From NCBI GenBank assembly GCA_015709655.1, contig CP054181.1, positions 2,708,207 to 2,772,206 on the forward strand: 64,000 nucleotides of DNA. Reading direction: 5' to 3'. The notes below the pieces were generated by a model. It saw only the letters and a program-made list of their open reading frames with translations. It was not told the origin of the DNA and did no database searches. Below are positions 48,843 to 58,751 of this stretch, piece after piece. Every line of letters starts with the position of its first letter. The first letter of the stretch is position 1. The stretch comes from Ignavibacteria bacterium (GTDB taxonomy: Bacteria > Bacteroidota > Ignavibacteria > Kapaibacteriales > Kapaibacteriaceae). A program made the position numbers and the translations under genes.

Positions 48843-50066
48843 TTAGTTGCCAGGGAGCAGACGGTAAAACTTTAGCTTCCCAACGCGAAGGATGCGTGGT
48901 GATAGTACGGTAAGTTCAGCGTTGATATCGGTGATCTTTTCGCCATCCAGTTGAACACCACCCTGTTGTACCAGTCTGCGTGCCTCACTCTTAGAAGCAG
49001 TACTACCGGTATCAGAGAGAGCAGTAATGATATTTATCACTGTAGTGCCGTCAGGAAGTTTAAAGTCCGGTATCTCGTCCGGTACATCTTTCTGAACGAA
49101 AACGCGTTCAAACTCGGCCAGTGCTTCATCGGCAGCCCGGGGTCCGTGGTACTTGGCAACAATACCTTTGGCTACTTCAACCTTTGCGGTTCTTGGGTGG
49201 AGTGTACCATCGGCCAGTCCCTTTGCAACCAACGCCACGTGTGCGGGCTGAGCAAACACGGCATACTCAAGGTACCGGGTGATCAATGAATCGGGGATGC
49301 TCATCGTTTTCCCGAACATGTCGCGTGGTGTATCGGTAATTGCAATGTAGTTATCCAGCGACTTGCTCATCTTTTCTACGCCGTCGGTACCTTCCAATAT
49401 CGGCATGGTTAGGATACACTGCGGTTCCTGGCCGTATGCACGCATGACCTCACGTCCCACAAGCAGATTAAACTTCTGATCGGTACCGCCGAGCTCTACA
49501 TCGCTATGTATAGCAACGCTGTCGTACGCCTGCGACAGTGGATAGAGGAACTCATGAACGCTGATTGGCACACCACTCTTGTACCGTTTTGTAAAATCGT
49601 CACGTTCCAGAAGCTGCGCTACGGTGTATTTGGAGGCAAGTTCGATAATCTGTTTAAACGACAGTGCTTCGAGCCACTCGCTGTTATAGACCACTTCAAG
49701 CCGATCACCCGAAAGGATGCGGAGTGCCTGATCAACGTAGGTTTTGCCGTTCGCTCGGGTTTCTTCAAGTGTGAGTGCCGGGCGCGTTTTACTCTTTCCG
49801 GTTGGATCACCGATCATTGCCGTAAAGTCTCCGATAATCAGCACAACGGTATGGCCAAGATCCTGAAACTGTCGAAGTTTATTAAGAACAACGGCGTGAC
49901 CAATGTGAATATCCGGCCGGCTGGGATCCAGGCCCAGCTTTATTCGCAGTGGCTTTCCGGTTTTGATGCTGCGCTCCAGCTTCGTGTGCAGTTCGGCTTC
50001 CGGCAAAACGTCAACAGCGTACTGTTTAACGACGGATAGTTGTTCTGAAACAGTCATATTGCTCAA
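48843..50066 (-). CDS. tyrS: tyrosyl-tRNA synthetase
   Basis: HIGH (PDIHIGHAV) and KMSKS (VEKMSKSLDN) motifs, C-terminal S4-like domain. Confidence 0.9.
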   Translation of the reverse strand: MSNMTVSEQLSVVKQYAVDVLPEAELHTKLERSIKTGKPLRIKLGLDPSRPDIHIGHAVVLNKLRQFQDLGHTVVLIIGDFTAMIGDPTGKSKTRPALTLEETRANGKTYVDQALRILSGDRLEVVYNSEWLEALSFKQIIELASKYTVAQLLERDDFTKRYKSGVPISVHEFLYPLSQAYDSVAIHSDVELGGTDQKFNLLVGREVMRAYGQEPQCILTMPILEGTDGVEKMSKSLDNYIAITDTPRDMFGKTMSIPDSLITRYLEYAVFAQPAHVALVAKGLADGTLHPRTAKVEVAKGIVAKYHGPRAADEALAEFERVFVQKDVPDEIPDFKLPDGTTVINIITALSDTGSTASKSEARRLVQQGGVQLDGEKITDINAELTVLSPRILRVGKLKFYRLLPGN

Positions 50067-50081
50067 TAAGGTGAACGGGGC

Positions 50082-50552
50082 TTAGGCATGCTTGGAATAG
50101 GAGCTCACATACGCACCGACGGTGGTGCGGAAAGCCACGTTCAAACGGTTCCACCCATTGATGGCTATAACAGCCATGGTGAGGTTGACGAGTTCCTTCT
50201 CGCTGAACTCAGCACGTGCACGGTTATACACGTCGTCGGAAACCGACTGTGAGTTGGCAACGGTAGTCAGTGCTTCTGTCCATTCCAGCGCTGCCCGCTC
50301 TCTGCTGGTATAGCAGTGTGCCTCGTGCCATACCGGGAGCAGATACAACCGCTGTTCTGTCTCGCCCATTGCCCGTGCATCCTTGGTATGCATATCCAAA
50401 CACCATGCACACCCGTTCAGGATGGATGCCAGTGATTTTACCAGTTCAAGGAGTGGTTTCTCGATACCAAATGCATGAATGCTCTGTTCAAGTGCAATCA
50501 TGGCGTTAAAAGCTTCAGGTGAAGCAGCCTTGTAATCAAGTCGTTGTTCCAT
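50082..50552 (-). CDS. carboxymuconolactone decarboxylase (AhpD-like) family protein
   Basis: CxxCxxxH core (GCAWCLDMH); likely start ATG (MEQRLDYK) inside longer track ORF. Confidence 0.7.
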   Translation of the reverse strand: MEQRLDYKAASPEAFNAMIALEQSIHAFGIEKPLLELVKSLASILNGCAWCLDMHTKDARAMGETEQRLYLLPVWHEAHCYTSRERAALEWTEALTTVANSQSVSDDVYNRARAEFSEKELVNLTMAVIAINGWNRLNVAFRTTVGAYVSSYSKHA

Positions 50553-50685
50553 AGGAAATCTCGAAGTATGAATACGCAAACTTAGGAACAATAGCAAAGG
50601 ACAGAGGTCATCATCCGATACGAAACGTTGTCCACGGTTCCGGCTAAGCCATTATTCAGGCTAACTGCAAACACCGATAGTTCGC

Positions 50686-50693
50686 TAATTTTG
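50686..50693 (+). promoter_or_regulatory. candidate -7 box TAatTTTG 4 nt upstream of yqeY ATG
   Basis: TAnnTTTG match; again implies leaderless transcript. Confidence 0.3.
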
Positions 50694-50697
50694 CGGT

Positions 50698-51144
50698 ATG
50701 AGCTTAAATGACAAAATTAACGCCGACATCAAGGAAGCAATGAAGGCACGCGAGACGCTGCGATTAGAAACACTGAGGTCTATAAGGGCGGCCATCCTGG
50801 AATTCGAAAAAAGTGGTGTTGACCGGGAGATGACCTCCGATGATGAGCTTAAAATCCTGAACTCAGCTGTTAAAAAACGTCGCGACGCGATTGAACAATA
50901 TGCCAATGCCGGCCGTACCGAAGCTGCCGCCAAGGAACAACAGGAGCTTGATATTCTGATGAGCTACCTGCCGTCTCAGCTATCTGCTGACGAGGTTCGC
51001 GATGCCATCCGTGGTGTCATCGCCGACGTTGGAGCAACCGGCCCATCCGATTTTGGAAAGGTGATGGGTGTGGCTGTAAAGCAACTGAAAGGTCGTACTG
51101 ACGGTAGTACGATTCAGGCTGTGGTTAAAGAGCTGCTTGGTTAA
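50698..51144 (+). CDS. yqeY: GatB/YqeY domain protein
   Basis: 148 aa; MSLNDKINADIKEAMKARE... typical YqeY start and length. Confidence 0.8.
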   Translation: MSLNDKINADIKEAMKARETLRLETLRSIRAAILEFEKSGVDREMTSDDELKILNSAVKKRRDAIEQYANAGRTEAAAKEQQELDILMSYLPSQLSADEVRDAIRGVIADVGATGPSDFGKVMGVAVKQLKGRTDGSTIQAVVKELLG

Positions 51145-53548
51145 CGAGATAATGGTTGACCTTGCATCCACGGCGCTCAGTGAGCTGAACTTTCCAGCAG
51201 TCCTTGAAAAAATCAGCACCTACTGCGTTACGCCGATGGGGGCGGATGCTGTCCGAAACCTTAGCCCCTTACCCAACACTGCTATCCTGAACGAAAAGCT
51301 TCTGCAGGTTCACGAGGCAGTAAACATTATTGTAACCAGTGACAGCATTCCGCTTGAGCAGTTCCCGGATATTTCTGCCCTCCTGAAACGCGCCCGGATT
51401 GCAGGTAACTATCTGAGTGCTCCGGAACTGCTGAATGTATCAGAGGCCCTCGTTGCGTCGCGCACGATGAAGCGATTCTGTGCAGAGAAAGAAGGGGCTA
51501 CCATAGGACTGCGGACACTTACCCAATTCCTTGCCGACAACAGGATACTTGAAAAGCACATTACCGAGGCAATCGATGAAACCTGCGTAGTCCGGGATAC
51601 AGCATCGCGCGAACTACGCACCATTCGCGCAGATATCCATCAGCTGGAAGGCAGGCTGCGCTCGCGGCTGCGGCAGATTCTTCGCAAATTTGGCGAGGAA
51701 GAGCTGCTTCAGGAAGAGTTTGTAACACAGCGGGACGGACGTTTTGTTCTACCGCTACAGGTACAGAATAAGCGTGCCGTTAATGGCATTATTCACGGGA
51801 TGAGCAGCTCCGGGCAGACAGTTTTTTTGGAACCGGCTGAAACCTATGAGTTGAATAACGACCTGGCGTTATTACGGGGCAGGGAACAACGCGAAATAAT
51901 CAACATCCTTACGATGTTGACGGCAGAGGTTGGTAGTGTATGCGACGAACTGGAAGCCACGGCCGACATTCTGGTGGAACTTGATACCATTTTTGCCCGT
52001 GCCTGGTATGCGCGGTACTACGGCGGTATAATGCCCATTATTGTGGATGATGATATGATCGAGCTGACCAACGTTCGTCATCCGCTGCTTATGCACCAGG
52101 CAATGGGTATTCGGACGACGAATGATACACTGAAATCCTCGCACGAAACTATTATTCCGCTTACCGTCAGGCTTGGCGGTGACGTGCGCGGAATACTGAT
52201 ATCCGGACCAAATGCAGGCGGGAAAACTGTAGCGATGAAGACGATAGGATTGTCGCTTGCCATGGCAATGAGCGGCATCTTTCCGCTGGGTACCTGTGTG
52301 TGTCCGCTGCGCCGACTCTACACAAGCATCGGAGACCACCAGAGCATTGATGCCAACCTGAGTACATTTTCTTCCCAGATTATCCGGCTGCGGGATGTAT
52401 TGTCGGAATGTGATCACGAAGCCTTAATTCTTATTGATGAGATCTGCGCCGGTACTGACCCTGCAGAGGGAGGGGCGCTGGCTGCCGGCATCCTGGACTC
52501 AGCTCTGGCGCGCGGTGCCTGCTTTGTTGTTACAACACACCAGAGTTCGCTGAAACAGTACGCACTTACCAGCAGCCGTATTACGAACGCTTCACTTGCG
52601 TTTGACGAAGAACGGATGCAGCCAACATTCAGGTTCCTGTATGGTGTACCCGGAAACTCGTATGCATTTGACCTGTCACGAACAGTTGGCTTGCCAGAGG
52701 TAGTACTGCGTCGTGCACAAGAATATCTGGGCAACCGTCACAATGAGCTGGAACAAAGTATCAGCGCAATGCAACAGTTTCGGAACGAAGCGGAACAGCA
52801 TGCTCTTCAGGCGGCCAGAGAACATCAGGCTTCCGAAAAACTGAGAAAGGAATACGAAGAACGGCTGTCAGACCTAAAAGCTAAAAAAAGCAAGGAAATT
52901 GAATCAGCCAGAATCAAGGCAGCTGAAATTTTGGAAGGGGCTAATGCGTTAATTGAAAACACGATTCGCGAGATACGGGAACAACAAAAGAGTATTGCCG
53001 AAGTCAAAACTGCCTTTAACGAGAAGCGGCAGCAGCTTACGCATAGAGAAAAGGGCGAACACAGTAACACCGACAGCTCTGCTACCGATACAGACATCAC
53101 TGTTGGTACCATGGTGCGTATCGAAGGAACAGCCTCTGTTGGTACTGTTGAAGCTATCGATGCCAAGGGGAATGCAGTCGTGCATGTTAACGGTATCACG
53201 ATGAGGGTACAACGTGCCAAGCTGGAACCGACGTCGGAGAAAGCACAAGCTCCCGTCAAGCGAAAGGCGGCAGTCAGGAGTTCGACGGAAGCAGAGAAGG
53301 TGGCAGTACCGGCGATGACGCTGGACCTGCGTGGTCAGCGTGCTGAAGAAGCATTGCGAGCGCTTGAAGTGTTTGTGGACAGTGCTGTGGTTCGGTCCCT
53401 GCCCTTTGTAAGTATCATCCACGGTAAGGGAACGGGAGCGCTTCGGGAGGTCGTGCACCGCTTTTTGGAGCAGCAACACGGGATTCGTTCTTTCCGACTG
53501 GGCAGTATTCCCGAGGGCGGCGACGGCGTAACCATTGTGGAGCTATAG
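51137..53548 (+). CDS. mutS2: endonuclease MutS2 (MutS paralog with C-terminal Smr domain)
   Basis: Walker A GPNAGGKTV, MutS domain V, K/E-rich coiled linker, C-terminal Smr (LDLRGQRAEEAL...). Confidence 0.85.
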   Translation: MVNEIMVDLASTALSELNFPAVLEKISTYCVTPMGADAVRNLSPLPNTAILNEKLLQVHEAVNIIVTSDSIPLEQFPDISALLKRARIAGNYLSAPELLNVSEALVASRTMKRFCAEKEGATIGLRTLTQFLADNRILEKHITEAIDETCVVRDTASRELRTIRADIHQLEGRLRSRLRQILRKFGEEELLQEEFVTQRDGRFVLPLQVQNKRAVNGIIHGMSSSGQTVFLEPAETYELNNDLALLRGREQREIINILTMLTAEVGSVCDELEATADILVELDTIFARAWYARYYGGIMPIIVDDDMIELTNVRHPLLMHQAMGIRTTNDTLKSSHETIIPLTVRLGGDVRGILISGPNAGGKTVAMKTIGLSLAMAMSGIFPLGTCVCPLRRLYTSIGDHQSIDANLSTFSSQIIRLRDVLSECDHEALILIDEICAGTDPAEGGALAAGILDSALARGACFVVTTHQSSLKQYALTSSRITNASLAFDEERMQPTFRFLYGVPGNSYAFDLSRTVGLPEVVLRRAQEYLGNRHNELEQSISAMQQFRNEAEQHALQAAREHQASEKLRKEYEERLSDLKAKKSKEIESARIKAAEILEGANALIENTIREIREQQKSIAEVKTAFNEKRQQLTHREKGEHSNTDSSATDTDITVGTMVRIEGTASVGTVEAIDAKGNAVVHVNGITMRVQRAKLEPTSEKAQAPVKRKAAVRSSTEAEKVAVPAMTLDLRGQRAEEALRALEVFVDSAVVRSLPFVSIIHGKGTGALREVVHRFLEQQHGIRSFRLGSIPEGGDGVTIVEL

Positions 53549-53572
53549 GGGGCTATACCGGACGGTATTCCC

Positions 53573-54076
53573 TTAATCGCGTTCGTCCCTGTTCATTCGC
53601 CGCTTCTCGTCGCGCTCCTTGATAGACTCGCGTTTATCATACAGTTTCTTCCCGCGGGCAACACCAAGTTCAACCTTGATAAACGGACCCGAGAAGAAAA
53701 CCGAAAGAGGAATGATGGTAAGCCCCTTTTCCTCGGTTGCTATTCGCAGACGGTGAAGCTCGTGCCGATGCAGCAGAAGCTTACGGGGTCGCATAGGTTC
53801 GTGGTTTTCCCGGTTTCCGAAATCATACGGATTGATATGCATCCCCAGCAGCAGAAGCTCGTCCGACGTACGCGAGGGGAATGTGGCATACGCCTCGGCA
53901 AGACTTATCTTGCCGGCACGGATACTCTTCACCTCGGTGCCGGTAAGTTGGATGCCCGCCTGAAACCGTTGCAGAATCTCGTATTCGTGCAACGCCTTGC
54001 GGTTCGTAACGATAATTCGTTCGGTTCGTGTTGGTTGGGTTTGCAAAGCAAAAGCCCCACGCTGTGCGCAGGGCAT
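53573..54076 (-). CDS. smpB: SsrA-binding protein
   Basis: IIVTNRKALHEYEI... SmpB core; true start probably downstream of track start (alternative TTG), immediately 3' of tRNA-Ser. Confidence 0.85.
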   Translation of the reverse strand: MPCAQRGAFALQTQPTRTERIIVTNRKALHEYEILQRFQAGIQLTGTEVKSIRAGKISLAEAYATFPSRTSDELLLLGMHINPYDFGNRENHEPMRPRKLLLHRHELHRLRIATEEKGLTIIPLSVFFSGPFIKVELGVARGKKLYDKRESIKERDEKRRMNRDERD

Positions 54077-54091
54077 TGATTGTGGAAAGTG

Positions 54092-54181
54092 CGGAGGAGG
54101 AGGGATTCGAACCCTCGATAGAGCTTAACACCCTATGACGGTTTAGCAAACCGTTGCCTTCAGCCACTCGGCCACCCCTCC
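54092..54181 (-). tRNA. tRNA-Ser (anticodon GCU), 90 nt with long variable arm
   Basis: Hand-folded: acceptor GGAGGGG/CTCCTCC (one G-U), D-arm GGCCGAGTGGCTGAAGGC, anticodon stem ACGGT/ACCGT with loop TTGCTAA, T-arm GAGGG-TTCGAAT-CCCTC, discriminator G; CCA not encoded. Confidence 0.85.
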
Positions 54182-54233
54182 GGGGTGTAAAGAAGAATGT
54201 GCAAGATACGGTACGTTGGTTATTTTTCATAAA

Positions 54234-56864
54234 ATGTCGGCAAAAGAAACACCATTAGCACGCCAGTACAGGCAAATAAAAGAGAAGCATCCGGACACGA
54301 TACTCCTGTTCCGGCTGGGGGATTTTTACGAAACCTTCGGCGATGACGCCATTGCCACGGCTGCTGCGTGTGGTATTACGTTAACCAAGCGGAACAACGG
54401 GGCGGCAGGTGAGACGCCACTGGCCGGCTTCCCCCATCACCAGTTGGATAATTACTTGCCAAAGTTAGTACGGTCGGGCTACCGGGTGGCAGTGTGCGAG
54501 CAACTCGAAGATCCAAAGCAGGCAAAGGGGATTGTAAAGCGCGGCGTAGTGGAGGTTGTTACGCCGGGTGTTGTGATGTACGACAAGTTGCTGGAGAATT
54601 CGGCAAATACGTTCTTGTGCGCCCTGGTTCCGCTTGCAAGTAAGGCTAACGGAAAAACCATCGCTGTTTGGGGGATTGCTTTTGCCGACGTTTCTACCGG
54701 GGTCTTTATGGCTGCCGATGTACCGGATGGTGGAGTATTGAGTCTGCTTGAAAGCTACGCTCCCGCAGAAGTGCTGGTGAACAAGGAGCAAAAGGAAATC
54801 TGGGAACCGGTTTTGCGGGCCGCTACACCACGTGCAGCCGTCAGCAAACTCGAGTCGTGGCTGTTTGATACCGAGTTTGCGCGGACAACGGTTCTGCGAC
54901 ACTTTTCCACAACATCGGTGAAAGGTTTCGGTCTCACTGATGATTCACCAGCGATGATCGCTGCCGGAATGATCCTGCATTACATAGCTGAAACCCAGCG
55001 CGGATCACTGACGCATATCACAACACTCCGTACCATCAACACGTCCGACGTGATGGTGCTGGATACCGCAACACGCAGAAACCTTGAAATCCACCAACCA
55101 GGCTCACCGGGTGAACGGCAGGGGGCTTTGATTGACTTGATGGACAGGACGAGAACACCAATGGGAGCACGATTGCTCCGACGGTGGATGCAGGCTCCAC
55201 TGATCAATAAAGACGCTATCGTTCAACGGCAGCACGCTGTTGAACAACTCCTGAACGGAAGCCGGCATCTGTATAACCTTGGCGATTTGTTCGCGCAGGT
55301 TGGGGATATTGAACGGCTTATTGCCAGAGTGGTAACTGACAGAGCAACAGCACGCGATCTGGTGGCTCTGCGTAATGGTCTGAGAGTAATTCCGGATATC
55401 ATGCAGATGCTTAGCCCCTTCCCGTCCCTGCACTATGTATGTGCCGATGTTCATGATCACAGCAGTGTTGTTCACATGATCTCGGCGGCGTTATCTGACG
55501 CTGCGCCGGTTCAGTTTGGCAGCGGTAAGATGTTTAATGCGGGCTTCAGTGCCGAACTGGATTCGGTCTGCGATGCGATGGCACATGGTAAGGAATGGAT
55601 TAAGGAGTTTCAGGATCGTGAGCGTGCCGATACCGGGATACCAACGCTCAAGGTGTCGTTTAATAATGTTTTTGGTTACTATATCGAAGTCAGTAAGGCT
55701 CAGCGTGACAGTGCGCCTGCCCATTACGAACGTCGACAGACGTTGGCAAATGCGGAACGGTTCACTACTCCGGAGCTTAAAAAACTTGAAGCCACGCTGC
55801 TTTCGGCTGAGGGCCGAGTATCTGAACTGGAACAGCAGCTTCTGCTGGAGCTAAAGCGTGGTGTGGCTGCCAATTGTGCTGCAATACAGCAAACAGCACT
55901 TGCTGTTGCCACCGCCGACTGTTTGCACAGCTACGCGCGTACTGCACAGGAGTACGAGTATGTACAGCCCGAGCTGCATACCGGGACATTGCTCAACATC
56001 CAGGGAGCACGGCACCCCGTGATCGAACGTCTGCTACCCGCCGGTACCCGCTACGTGCCGAATAACATTGTGCTTGATACCGAAACACATCAACTGATGG
56101 TGTTAACCGGTCCGAACATGAGCGGTAAGAGCAGTTATCTGCGACAGGCCGGACTGATAGTGTTTCTTGCTCATATCGGTAGCTTTGTTCCGGCAGTACA
56201 GGCTACCATTCCGATCACCGACAGGATTTTTACACGGGTTGGTGCACAAGATAATCTGCTGGCAGGCGAAAGCACGTTCCTTGTGGAGATGCAGGAAAGT
56301 GCAAACATCGTCCATAACGCAACATCGCGAAGTTTAATATTGCTTGATGAGGTTGGACGCGGAACAGCTACGTTTGACGGTATTTCGATTGCCTGGGCAA
56401 TTGCCGAGTATCTGCACGAAGTGGTTGGCGCCAAAACATTATTTGCCACACATTACCATGAGCTTACTGCCCTTGCTGACCGCTTTGAACGTATTCACAA
56501 CGTTAAGGTTGAAGTTGTTGAACAAGAAGGAGGCCTGGTCTTTACACACAGGGTGGTTCCGGGTTCGGCCGACCATTCCTTTGGTATTCACGTAGCCCGT
56601 ATGGCCGGAATGCCTCCGGCAATACTGCGGACAGCTGAAGTAGTGCTAAACCAGCTGGAAACCGGAAAGCACGATCCGGCACGCTCAGCTCATACCAGCG
56701 CAGTTGACCGCCGGATGCTTGAGTCTGCCGGACAGCTCACGATGTTTGAAATTCGCGACGATGAACTGCGCAAGCGTGTTCAGGATCTGGATGTGAACGC
56801 ATTAACGCCCTTACAGGCACTACAGACCCTTGCAGATTTAAAAGACTCGATCCGGGATGAGTGA
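54234..56864 (+). CDS. mutS: DNA mismatch repair protein MutS
   Basis: Mismatch-binding N-terminus (GDFYETFGDDA), Walker A GPNMSGKSS, STFLVEM, HTH dimerisation C-terminus; ATG 54234. Confidence 0.9.
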   Translation: MSAKETPLARQYRQIKEKHPDTILLFRLGDFYETFGDDAIATAAACGITLTKRNNGAAGETPLAGFPHHQLDNYLPKLVRSGYRVAVCEQLEDPKQAKGIVKRGVVEVVTPGVVMYDKLLENSANTFLCALVPLASKANGKTIAVWGIAFADVSTGVFMAADVPDGGVLSLLESYAPAEVLVNKEQKEIWEPVLRAATPRAAVSKLESWLFDTEFARTTVLRHFSTTSVKGFGLTDDSPAMIAAGMILHYIAETQRGSLTHITTLRTINTSDVMVLDTATRRNLEIHQPGSPGERQGALIDLMDRTRTPMGARLLRRWMQAPLINKDAIVQRQHAVEQLLNGSRHLYNLGDLFAQVGDIERLIARVVTDRATARDLVALRNGLRVIPDIMQMLSPFPSLHYVCADVHDHSSVVHMISAALSDAAPVQFGSGKMFNAGFSAELDSVCDAMAHGKEWIKEFQDRERADTGIPTLKVSFNNVFGYYIEVSKAQRDSAPAHYERRQTLANAERFTTPELKKLEATLLSAEGRVSELEQQLLLELKRGVAANCAAIQQTALAVATADCLHSYARTAQEYEYVQPELHTGTLLNIQGARHPVIERLLPAGTRYVPNNIVLDTETHQLMVLTGPNMSGKSSYLRQAGLIVFLAHIGSFVPAVQATIPITDRIFTRVGAQDNLLAGESTFLVEMQESANIVHNATSRSLILLDEVGRGTATFDGISIAWAIAEYLHEVVGAKTLFATHYHELTALADRFERIHNVKVEVVEQEGGLVFTHRVVPGSADHSFGIHVARMAGMPPAILRTAEVVLNQLETGKHDPARSAHTSAVDRRMLESAGQLTMFEIRDDELRKRVQDLDVNALTPLQALQTLADLKDSIRDE

Positions 56865-56947
56865 AACCGGTGAACCTTGGCTATACGACGTGTTTGTACA
56901 GCGGGACAATAAAGTAACTATTTGGACAATATATTCAACGTGAACGA

Positions 56948-57847
56948 ATGGAAGAACAAACCAACGAGATACGCAGACAGTGGAAAGATCGCGACCGGGT
57001 TGTTAAGGCTATGACGAAGGACGGACTGTTCCGTGCCGCCGTGGTACTGAACCGGATTGCGGCTGTTACAGCCCAACGCAGGCACGGACTGGATGCCCTG
57101 TGTTCGCTCCTGCTGGCACGGGCATTGTCGGGCGCAACGCTAATGGCTTCGTTTTTAAAGGGCGAGGAACGAGTATCAGTCTCTGCTGACGGCGACGGAA
57201 TAGTAAAATCGGTATTTGCCGAGGCAATCCAGGTAGGCGAGGTGCGTGGTTTCTGCCTTAAGAACAGTAATCCAACTGAGCGCTCCGGCCCCTTAGGCGA
57301 AGGTCTGTTAAAGGTGCAGCGTTTCCTGTATGACAAGAATGAACCGGTTACCGGAATTGTAGAACTGGAGCGGGGCGATATAACGACTGACCTGAGTCAC
57401 TACCTTACACAAAGTGAACAAATACCATCGGTGTTTATGCTTGATGTTGCCTTTGATCACAATGACCTTATCACCCAGAGTGTTGGCATTCTGGTCCAGG
57501 CGATGCCGGGAGCACGACCCGAAGATATTTTTAAGACCTATGATATTTTGGATATGCTGGAACGTCCGACCGAATTTGCCGAAAAAGGATATTCTCCCGA
57601 AGACATTGTAAAACAAGTATTGCCCGGTGAAATTGAAATACTCGACAAAACAGCGGTTGATTTCTTCTGTCGGTGTTCGCTTGAACGGTTTAAGGGGGTG
57701 CTGTTAACACTTGGATATGACGAAGTGGTCAGCATGGAAAAGGCCGGTCACAACGAATTGGTTTGCCAGTACTGTAACGAGCGATATCACCTTAGCGAAC
57801 AGGATTTCATGGAACTGAAGGAGTTACTCCTGGCGCGGCGGAATTAG
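56948..57847 (+). CDS. hslO: redox-regulated chaperone Hsp33
   Basis: C-terminal zinc centre CRCS...CQYCNERY; 299 aa. Confidence 0.85.
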   Translation: MEEQTNEIRRQWKDRDRVVKAMTKDGLFRAAVVLNRIAAVTAQRRHGLDALCSLLLARALSGATLMASFLKGEERVSVSADGDGIVKSVFAEAIQVGEVRGFCLKNSNPTERSGPLGEGLLKVQRFLYDKNEPVTGIVELERGDITTDLSHYLTQSEQIPSVFMLDVAFDHNDLITQSVGILVQAMPGARPEDIFKTYDILDMLERPTEFAEKGYSPEDIVKQVLPGEIEILDKTAVDFFCRCSLERFKGVLLTLGYDEVVSMEKAGHNELVCQYCNERYHLSEQDFMELKELLLARRN

Positions 57848-58751
57848 ACAACAAGGCGGCAATTGCAGCCGTCAGCACCATGTCGTGCCAGGTACACCCC
57901 CTGCTGACATCAACAAAAGGCTTTTGCAATCCCTGCACCACCGGTCCATAGGCTGCAGCCCCTGCAAGACGCTCAGTTAGCTTATAGGCAATATTACCGG
58001 CATCCAGGGTTGGGAAAACCAACACATTTGAATTACCAGCCAGTGCACTGCTCGGTGCTTTCCGTGCGGCAACTGCCGGAACCAGTGCTGCATCGGCCTG
58101 CAGTTCACCATCGGCTACAATGTTGGGATATTTCTCTGAGAAGATCCTGAACGCGTCACGCACCTTTTGTGCATGCGGATGTTGAGCAGATCCTTTAGTG
58201 GAAAAGCTTAGAAACGCAACACGCGGTTCGGCGCCGGTGAGAATGTGGTGGCTTACCGCTGAAGACTGGGCGATATCGGCTAATTGATCAGCCGTCGGAT
58301 CGGGAACAACACCACAGTCAGCATAGGTGAGCACTGCGCCGGAAGGAAGAACCATTAAAAAGAAACTGCTGACGACACTAACACTGCTGTCCATTCCAAT
58401 CGTCCATATCCCGGCACGCAGAACATCGGCTGTGGTAGAAACGGAACCGGCAACACCTGCATCAGCCTCACCGGTATGCACCATCCATGCAGCACGAAAT
58501 AATGGTTGTACGGCAAGATGTTCGGCTTCTGATCTGGTTAGCCCCTTCCCGGCCCTTCGTTCCAAAAGATATTCAACAAGGTGAGGTTCGCTAATCGGCG
58601 TATCGTGAGTAACCAGAATGGGGATGGCAACGCCAAGGTGTTGTAGTTCCTGCACCGCGCGGACAGTGCGCTCGTCCGATGAATCGGGGAATACAATCCG
58701 GCGCTGCAGTTTAGAAGCACGATGGAGGAGATCATCATCACGAGTGCTCAT
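57807..58751 (-). CDS. phosphate acetyl/butyryl-transferase (PTA_PTB family)
   Basis: N-terminal RIVFPDSSDERTVRAV, 314 aa typical of Ptb/short Pta; convergent 41-nt overlap with hslO 3' end. Confidence 0.65.
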   Translation of the reverse strand: MSTRDDDLLHRASKLQRRIVFPDSSDERTVRAVQELQHLGVAIPILVTHDTPISEPHLVEYLLERRAGKGLTRSEAEHLAVQPLFRAAWMVHTGEADAGVAGSVSTTADVLRAGIWTIGMDSSVSVVSSFFLMVLPSGAVLTYADCGVVPDPTADQLADIAQSSAVSHHILTGAEPRVAFLSFSTKGSAQHPHAQKVRDAFRIFSEKYPNIVADGELQADAALVPAVAARKAPSSALAGNSNVLVFPTLDAGNIAYKLTERLAGAAAYGPVVQGLQKPFVDVSRGCTWHDMVLTAAIAALLSNSAAPGVTPSVP

